Source: a virus
Taxonomy: Duplodnaviria; Caudoviricetes
IMG/VR virus record: IMGVR_UViG_3300009605_000003
Span: 1-42,599 of that record
DNA: 42,599 bases
Reading direction: 5' to 3' (one strand)
In this document: positions 36,800-42,599 of the stretch, piece by piece
How positions within the stretch are numbered: position 1 is the first letter of the stretch
Layout: each line of letters opens with the position of its first letter
The notes under the pieces: generated by a model
The model's input: only the letters and a program-made list of their open reading frames with translations
Told to the model about the DNA's origin: nothing
The model's database searches: none
Program-made: the position numbers and the translations under genes

Positions 36800-37715
36800 T
36801 TACTTCAGCCTCTGAAGATGGAGCTGATACTGGTACTTTGACATAATTCCTACCGTTGGGACAGAATTGTGCTACATCACAGTACCGCCTGCACTTGGCG
36901 TCATTGTTCCACCTCTCCTCTTGAGTACATATGTCAGGCATACTATCTGATTCAAGGTGGATCCTTAGGATTGCAGCTTTGGCAGTAAAAAATTGTTCAA
37001 CTACTTCATCAGGTATAGGGTTTATAGGTATCATATACACCTGTTCAACTACACCTAAATTTTTAGCTGACTGTAACCCACCATCACGGCAAGTAGCCTG
37101 CACGAACATGTAGCGTATAGGATATCCGTCTTTCTCTAACTCAATACGGTACTTATTCAACTGTAACTCAGTATCGCGGTTGTCTACTGACTGTGGGTCC
37201 TGGTAATAAGTCCAATAGTCTGCATGCCTGCGGTCGGTACCAAGGTGGTTGGGATTCTTCTTCTTCCTTATACCTAATGATTTCATTATCCGGTATGAAC
37301 CCCAGGTTTTATAGTCTATAAGATCATAGACGCCACCGTCACTATCGGGTATAGGTTGTAGTAAGTCTGCTGTACCCTGAATAACACCTGGTCTGTTGAA
37401 GTTTATCTCAGCAGGTATCTCTAACTCTTGAGCGAATCCTTCTAACATGGAGTGATAAGCTGTACCTAATTGAGCATACATGGTACCTTTAGGATCTATA
37501 GCATAATCATGCTTGATCTGTAACCACTCTTGTAAAGTACCACCTATCAAATTGGTTACGTGGGGTGTACCATCCCACTCTCTTGTCTCTGCTGCCTTTA
37601 GCAGGGTGGGTAGGGTGAGACAACGCTCAGCCATCCTACACTCACTAATACACTGGTTTATATCTATCCTTTGACCATCAGGACAGATGAATTGGGTTGC
37701 TGGCACAATGGCCAC
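36789..37715 (-). CDS. Cas4-like PD-(D/E)xK exonuclease with Cys clusters
   Basis: GTAYH, GTADL, IDYKT, QLNKY and C-terminal C...CRRYC....C. Confidence 0.85.
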   Translation of the reverse strand: MAIVPATQFICPDGQRIDINQCISECRMAERCLTLPTLLKAAETREWDGTPHVTNLIGGTLQEWLQIKHDYAIDPKGTMYAQLGTAYHSMLEGFAQELEIPAEINFNRPGVIQGTADLLQPIPDSDGGVYDLIDYKTWGSYRIMKSLGIRKKKNPNHLGTDRRHADYWTYYQDPQSVDNRDTELQLNKYRIELEKDGYPIRYMFVQATCRDGGLQSAKNLGVVEQVYMIPINPIPDEVVEQFFTAKAAILRIHLESDSMPDICTQEERWNNDAKCRRYCDVAQFCPNGRNYVKVPVSAPSSEAEVIDI

Positions 37716-37825
37716 TCCTTCTATTAGGGCACTCTGGCCCTACCTTATGTTTTGAGGACTACGCCTAAGCCCACCCCATATGAGTCTTAGACGTAGAACC
37801 TCAACCTACAAGGACAAACTTGAGA

Positions 37826-38569
37826 CTAAGCTTTGGCGTACACCCCGTCATCTCCTCGGGTGACCAGGCCAGCGTTGATTACTTCATCAATAAAGATAGA
37901 AGCATCCCCAGCTGACTCACCTTTGGCCATGATAGAGTTGACTAAGTCGGTGTCAGTCTTTATCAAGTCATTGTTGAGTGCTGCCATGTTGAATACCGTG
38001 ACATTACTGCCAACCAGTAGTTCAATAGCTGCATCTCTTGCTGACTTTCCTTGTGCCGCTGCTAGAGATGGAGTCGCAGGGGTAATTCCTCCTCCTGCTG
38101 CTGGTGATACACCAGTTATAATCTCAGCTAACCCAGCTGGAGTGTCACCAAGACCCATACACTCCCAGGAATCTGTCGCTACATCATTCCATGATCCATT
38201 CACATTACGAGGCAGCATATGCCCAGGTGTGAATCCCATCCGCTGATACCTACCAACCAAGTAATCTAGTTCCTCAGCTGGTGGTATAAAGCTTACCGCT
38301 GACTTAGCGAAGATACCCCACCGTGAGTTGGCCCTAGTACTAGAGCTAATCTCAATGGTGCCATGGGGGAAGGTGTATGGAGTGGCTGAGACAATTACTT
38401 GTAACTCAGTGTAATTGAACCTTACCACTACATAGGTGTTCTGTTGACCCTGAACAGTAACAGGTTCCCATGATTCCAACTTCCCGACAAAGTCCCTAAG
38501 TGGTGTCTGTGGGCCACCACTCTCTTCTAACCCTCGCAGCTTGATAGCTGCCCTTAGTTGCTCGACCAT
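37826..38569 (-). CDS. Hypothetical protein, possible ssDNA-binding protein
   Basis: Beta-rich N-terminus; heads the recombination operon; AAGGA SD; function is inference. Confidence 0.6.
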   Translation of the reverse strand: MVEQLRAAIKLRGLEESGGPQTPLRDFVGKLESWEPVTVQGQQNTYVVVRFNYTELQVIVSATPYTFPHGTIEISSSTRANSRWGIFAKSAVSFIPPAEELDYLVGRYQRMGFTPGHMLPRNVNGSWNDVATDSWECMGLGDTPAGLAEIITGVSPAAGGGITPATPSLAAAQGKSARDAAIELLVGSNVTVFNMAALNNDLIKTDTDLVNSIMAKGESAGDASIFIDEVINAGLVTRGDDGVYAKA

Positions 38570-38576
38570 ATAATGG

Positions 38577-38642
38577 TCATCCTTTCTTTACCATAGTGAC
38601 TACTACGATTGCACTTACAACCCAAGCCACTAATATAGCCAT
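38577..38642 (-). CDS. Possible 21-aa single-TM peptide
   Basis: MAILVAWVVSAIVVVTMVKKG lies right after the promoter. Confidence 0.35.
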   Translation of the reverse strand: MAILVAWVVSAIVVVTMVKKG

Positions 38643-38694
38643 GTAATCGCCCAACCTGTACCTTTCTATTGATGCGTGCTGGGTGATATTATTC

Positions 38695-38723
38695 AGTATA
38701 ACACATAGGCATATCCTTGTCAA
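38695..38723 (-). promoter_or_regulatory. Sigma70 promoter of the replication operon
   Basis: TTGACA-17-TATACT with TGTGT extension. Confidence 0.8.
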
Positions 38724-38806
38724 CTTAGGTCTTTTATATATACTTTATTTATTAGGTACTCCTTCCTGTTATACTCAATGTCAATAGGAGATATAATAAT
38801 GCAAAG

Positions 38807-39445
38807 TCACGATAACAGAGATTCATCGAAGGACTTGATATGGATTATACCTAGTGTTCTTAGTTGAGTGGTATCAATGTTGACTACTAGGTTTTCAATT
38901 ATGGTAGGTAATTGATGTTCACCTACTTTTATTTCAGTATCTGTAACGGCTGATAGTAACTTAGAGAATAAATCTATCTGTGTATCCCTTACATTGGATA
39001 CCATGGTCTTGAGGATGGTGCGGTTTTGTTCATACAACGGTCGTATGGAACTAGGTGACCTATGTACTTTAGCTACCACACCTCTAACCCATGCGGTCTT
39101 CCTCTTGTCACGCTCAAGCTGCCGACAATTAGAACATAGCCATACTACCATCTGTTTACGGTATGAGATAGGAATACCACGTTCTCTCATCTCTATCCAT
39201 GGCCACAGGAATACAGGGTATAACTTGACGTTCCTAAGGTTGAGGCATCCAACTACATAGGCGTCAGCATCCCCTAAACAATTAGTGTTAGGAGGTGGAC
39301 TCATCTCTGTCAAGGCTTGGTTCAGTTCCATCCCTGCTTGAGTCTGTTCCTTCACGGCTCCTGGTAGGATTTCCTTTATCATCAGTTCTTTCCAGTGCCT
39401 CTGATCTACTGATTGGTTTGGTGGAAAGGGGACGAAGGGTACCAT
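38807..39445 (-). CDS. Hypothetical protein (CSNC motif)
   Basis: 212-aa ORF on the coding strand. Confidence 0.6.
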   Translation of the reverse strand: MVPFVPFPPNQSVDQRHWKELMIKEILPGAVKEQTQAGMELNQALTEMSPPPNTNCLGDADAYVVGCLNLRNVKLYPVFLWPWIEMRERGIPISYRKQMVVWLCSNCRQLERDKRKTAWVRGVVAKVHRSPSSIRPLYEQNRTILKTMVSNVRDTQIDLFSKLLSAVTDTEIKVGEHQLPTIIENLVVNIDTTQLRTLGIIHIKSFDESLLS

Positions 39446-39547
39446 CTAGTTGTGTCCGTAATAGTCATCTGTATAAAACAATATACTATCCTTTGTTATG
39501 CTATAAATGTGTTATTATATCTCCAGTTCGCATTGAAGATAACAGGT

Positions 39548-39826
39548 CTAGTTATATTTGATGTAGCCTACCTCTTCCGAATTGTAGTGGTCAATTTCTG
39601 ACAGCATATCATAGGCATCACGAACTTTATCATCGTACTCCATGCCTTCAAGCTCACCTATACTACGAGCAGGATCCTCAGCAGTAGGTGAACACATCAT
39701 ATAGCACCAAGCACATACATCCGCATTGGTTACAGTTACACACTGATGAAAGGGGCACTTACAGAACGGTGCACCTTCTATCATCTCTTCTTGCAACTGT
39801 ATCAAAAGTTCACTCATTATTCCCAT
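39548..39826 (-). CDS. Small Cys-rich protein
   Basis: AGGAG SD; CKCPFHQC...CAWC. Confidence 0.65.
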   Translation of the reverse strand: MGIMSELLIQLQEEMIEGAPFCKCPFHQCVTVTNADVCAWCYMMCSPTAEDPARSIGELEGMEYDDKVRDAYDMLSEIDHYNSEEVGYIKYN

Positions 39827-39827
39827 A

Positions 39828-40598
39828 TCATACTCCTATATTTATACTGGCCTGTTCCATAAACGTAAGTGTAGGTCGATGCACTCTTATTATTTTAGGT
39901 GGTATACGAACCAAAGCATGGCGTGTCTTCTCAAAGGTCAACTTTATCTCATCATACATAGGGTTAGTGTGCTGTACTGATACAAGTGAGTCAGCCCAGT
40001 TAGCTAAGAAGGAAGCACCGATGAGTTCATGTTGTAGGTTACGACCATCTTCGCCTATCTCCTCATCTCCACTAGGTTTCTTAGTATGACCTACTAAAAT
40101 TACAGCCAGCCCATGTATACCAATAATCTTCTCATCTATAAAATCTAGTAGACGTGATACCTCATGGTTATTGTTGACGTCTCGTGAGATAGTACGATAT
40201 AGGGGATCTATAATGATGGTTCGGACTCCATAGTTACGAGTCATCATTACTAGTTGAGTATCAAGATCGTACTGTGGGCCTGCATCCATCTTATAGAACG
40301 GTTCGCTAGCTACGAACAGGTTAGGAGGCATAATCATATTACGTGAAGTGAGATACGATACCATCCTCTGCTGGAACATATACTTAGGGATCTCAATTTG
40401 TAGGATGGCAACACCAGACTTGAGAGTAGGGAACGTAAGCCAAGGTTCACCTGTTGCTAATGAGTACCCCATATCCATAGTAAGCATAGACTTCCATGTC
40501 TGCCACTGTCCATAGATAATAGTACGTGAGCCTGGTACTACGAGGTTCTGTTGGGATGTGCCTACTAGGTTAGTTATATTGGGTGGATCCCATGCCAT
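39828..40598 (-). CDS. AAA_25/RepA-like helicase
   Basis: GQWQTWKS (degenerate Walker A), IIIDP, VGHTKK, GAS..A.WAD and FEKTR motifs. Confidence 0.85.
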   Translation of the reverse strand: MAWDPPNITNLVGTSQQNLVVPGSRTIIYGQWQTWKSMLTMDMGYSLATGEPWLTFPTLKSGVAILQIEIPKYMFQQRMVSYLTSRNMIMPPNLFVASEPFYKMDAGPQYDLDTQLVMMTRNYGVRTIIIDPLYRTISRDVNNNHEVSRLLDFIDEKIIGIHGLAVILVGHTKKPSGDEEIGEDGRNLQHELIGASFLANWADSLVSVQHTNPMYDEIKLTFEKTRHALVRIPPKIIRVHRPTLTFMEQASINIGV

Positions 40599-40633
40599 GA
40601 AGGTAGGTAAATCTTCAAATATTACTGATGGTA

Positions 40634-40984
40634 TTAGAGTTCCTCTACTTCCACAATAGGGTTAGTTACTACTCTCTTAGTTGGGCTACCATGTTGGTCA
40701 AAGGTGTGGCGACAAGTAATACATAGGTAGGTGTCCCAAGATTCAAGTGCAGTTATAGATTCTGACGTACACTTTGGGCATTTATATACCCTTACCCGGT
40801 TGCGAGTATGGTTATTACGATTGCTACAGTAAGGGTCTAGATTATGGCAAGTAGAACAAACAAGCCTACGATTTGTACCTTTCTTTCCTCTAAGTTGGTA
40901 GTACTCAAGACCCTTTTCCTTTAGGATAAGTTGTCGTATATGGTTAGTGGTAGTATAAGGACGGGCCATTACTTGATTGACCAC
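40634..40984 (-). CDS. Zn-ribbon protein
   Basis: CSTC and CPKC...CITC. Confidence 0.65.
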   Translation of the reverse strand: MVNQVMARPYTTTNHIRQLILKEKGLEYYQLRGKKGTNRRLVCSTCHNLDPYCSNRNNHTRNRVRVYKCPKCTSESITALESWDTYLCITCRHTFDQHGSPTKRVVTNPIVEVEEL

Positions 40985-41589
40985 ATCCTGTCTTGAGGCG
41001 CACCACCTATTGTATCAGCTACCTTCCTACCTTCAGGTATATCTTGTTGGTAGTATAACTGATGATTATCATATGCTAACTTCCAGTATTGATGACTGTT
41101 CCACATATGGGCTATGCTCAGTAATCGGTCCTGGACTGAGGATAAATATAAGAACTTCAACATGGCTTGGACAGCTTGGTACGATGCGTAACCTGGGTAG
41201 TATGGTCGTCCGTCGGTATGGACTAATGAGAAGGTGGATATACGTGATGCTTCCGTGAGCAGGGGAAGTTTGGCTATACGCCAAGAGAAGAAGTCCTTTA
41301 CGAATTGGGGGTTGAGTTCATGTGATACCCTAAGTAGGTTGATACGTAACCTAAAGAACAAGGGCCTCCATGTAGGTGAGGAGAGTAGGTATTCTACATG
41401 ACTACTGTCTGTTGAGAGTGCGGTCATAGTACAAGTGATACAATAGGTAGTGTCACTATACTCTTCACACTTGAAGTTACGGCACAGGTGTAAGCCCTTA
41501 TCACTGACCCATGAACTTACACTCATCCAATTATCATACTCACCTGGTATAGAGATCAGGGCTTTGTTGGGTAGACGATACGGTGCCAT
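40969..41589 (-). CDS. Hypothetical protein with N-terminal Cys motifs
   Basis: CRNFKC...CITC. Confidence 0.6.
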   Translation of the reverse strand: MAPYRLPNKALISIPGEYDNWMSVSSWVSDKGLHLCRNFKCEEYSDTTYCITCTMTALSTDSSHVEYLLSSPTWRPLFFRLRINLLRVSHELNPQFVKDFFSWRIAKLPLLTEASRISTFSLVHTDGRPYYPGYASYQAVQAMLKFLYLSSVQDRLLSIAHMWNSHQYWKLAYDNHQLYYQQDIPEGRKVADTIGGAPQDRMWSIK

Positions 41590-41592
41590 AGT

Positions 41593-41805
41593 TTAGCCCA
41601 CCATCTCAGATGATACCGCTTCATATTGATCTTGATAGGTGACATAGGTATCTATAACCTCACAGTCCTGAAATAAATATGGAGGGTGAGGGAACCCATT
41701 GGAGGAGGATTGCAGGCCGACTCCGGGTTCAGGGTCATGGTCTTTGGCGGGCCAACCCTTGTCTACCTCACCCTCGCTAAATAAGTTAGTCACTAGTCTA
41801 CCCAT
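41593..41805 (-). CDS. Small hypothetical protein
   Basis: Packed operon ORF. Confidence 0.5.
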   Translation of the reverse strand: MGRLVTNLFSEGEVDKGWPAKDHDPEPGVGLQSSSNGFPHPPYLFQDCEVIDTYVTYQDQYEAVSSEMVG

Positions 41806-41999
41806 CCATGTATATCAATGGCATGTTGTATACTAGGTACCTCACCGCCAGGGTATCTGTCCTTACGAGTCATTACTCCAGCCTTGAAGGTAAGGATCTC
41901 TGAGTCCTGACACTCATTACACCATGATAGGTTACACCCATCACAGTTATAACTGTTACTACCAGGTACTATATTAGTAAGGCAGCTATCACATACCAT
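41793..41999 (-). CDS. Small Zn-finger protein
   Basis: CDSC, CDGC and CNEC; TGATG coupling. Confidence 0.65.
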   Translation of the reverse strand: MVCDSCLTNIVPGSNSYNCDGCNLSWCNECQDSEILTFKAGVMTRKDRYPGGEVPSIQHAIDIHGWVD

Positions 42000-42235
42000 C
42001 AGAGTACCTCGTACCCTTCACCCTCGCTTACGGTGTAGCGAGACATTAGTACCACGGGAGCCCTTCCCTCTTTTTTTCTTTCCTCTATACGTCGAGGAGA
42101 CCCCTCCTTATCGTGCTTAGTCCAGCCACACTGGATGCACTCAAGGGTTGAACCATATTCCTCTGGAACCTGGTCACAGGTAACTAACTTGACGTCACCA
42201 GTCCCACAATGGGGACAACTTTTCCTATATAACAT
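41999..42235 (-). CDS. Zn-ribbon protein (start MLYRK)
   Basis: CPHC...CIQC; AGAGGA SD. Confidence 0.7.
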   Translation of the reverse strand: MLYRKSCPHCGTGDVKLVTCDQVPEEYGSTLECIQCGWTKHDKEGSPRRIEERKKEGRAPVVLMSRYTVSEGEGYEVL

Positions 42236-42313
42236 CTGCAATCCTCTTCTATGGTAGGCTATGTAGGAAGGAACAACACACATCTGGATTTACATGTTCC
42301 CCCTACACATACA

Positions 42314-42342
42314 AGTATAACACAGGTGGTCATAAATGTCAA
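42314..42342 (-). promoter_or_regulatory. Sigma70 promoter
   Basis: TTGACA-17-TATACT with TGTGT extension. Confidence 0.8.
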
Positions 42343-42352
42343 ACTTATCTGA

Positions 42353-42583
42353 TTAGCCTTGGTCCTTACGGGCTATCTCAAAGTGGTCAGCAAGTGGTCC
42401 AAGGGCATCGAGTATCTCCTTGATTCTCATCCTCGATTCCACATTCAATGGTCTAATTGACTTCACTACCTCAACTAGGTCAATGAGATCTTGCTTATCA
42501 CCTACTAGTATCCACTCAGTACCTGACTGATTATGGATACGGTCAACGGCACTAGCCCTCTTGATCTTCATCGCCATCTGCAT
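42353..42583 (-). CDS. Hypothetical protein (follows the SLOG gene on the circle)
   Basis: GAGG SD; overlaps the 3' end of the SLOG gene across the junction. Confidence 0.6.
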   Translation of the reverse strand: MQMAMKIKRASAVDRIHNQSGTEWILVGDKQDLIDLVEVVKSIRPLNVESRMRIKEILDALGPLADHFEIARKDQG

Positions 42584-42599
42584 CGTCCTCTCTATTCCA
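42477..42599. repeat. Terminal direct repeat, identical to 1-123
   Basis: Exact match. Confidence 0.95.

Noticed and set aside
5839-42583. Stop-codon reassignment
   Set aside because: Genes are full length and tightly packed under the standard code, and TAG, TAA and TGA all terminate genes

Overview
Apparently complete, circularly assembled tailed dsDNA phage genome (~42,476 bp unique; bases 1-123 are repeated at 42477-42599). There is no integrase, tape-measure protein or recognisable endolysin, so it looks lytic and podovirus-like. The plus strand (5.8-31.6 kb) carries the morphogenesis genes: terS, terL, portal, a 3081-aa polyvalent/ejection-type protein with ADP-ribosyltransferase-like motifs, scaffold, major capsid, decoration/fibre proteins, a beta-helix tailspike and an adaptor. 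The minus strand (31.8-42.6 kb, continuing through 0-4.7 kb) carries replication, recombination and early genes: family A DNA polymerase, dCMP deaminase, amino-methyltransferase, ERCC4 nuclease, Sak4-like ATPase, Cas4-like nuclease, AAA_25 helicase, a SLOG protein, a SprT-like protease and many small Zn-ribbon proteins. The most striking unexplained structure is non-coding. At 4899-5115 lie eight tandem TTGTGAA-N4-(T/A/G)TCACAA boxes matching the operator of the host NADH/NAD+ sensor Rex (CRP-family spacing is the alternative reading). They are abutted by a perfect Gram-positive/Chloroflexi-type LexA box and lie upstream of four tandem sigma70 promoters. No Rex, CRP or LexA gene is present, which suggests a DNA decoy ('sponge') for host regulators. 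The early region also has three structured RNA leaders ending in a shared 22-nt motif. Two unannotated protamine-like peptides and strong TTAA avoidance were also noticed. A Chloroflexi (Dehalococcoidia-like) host is an inference only. All protein calls come from motif recognition by eye, not database searches.
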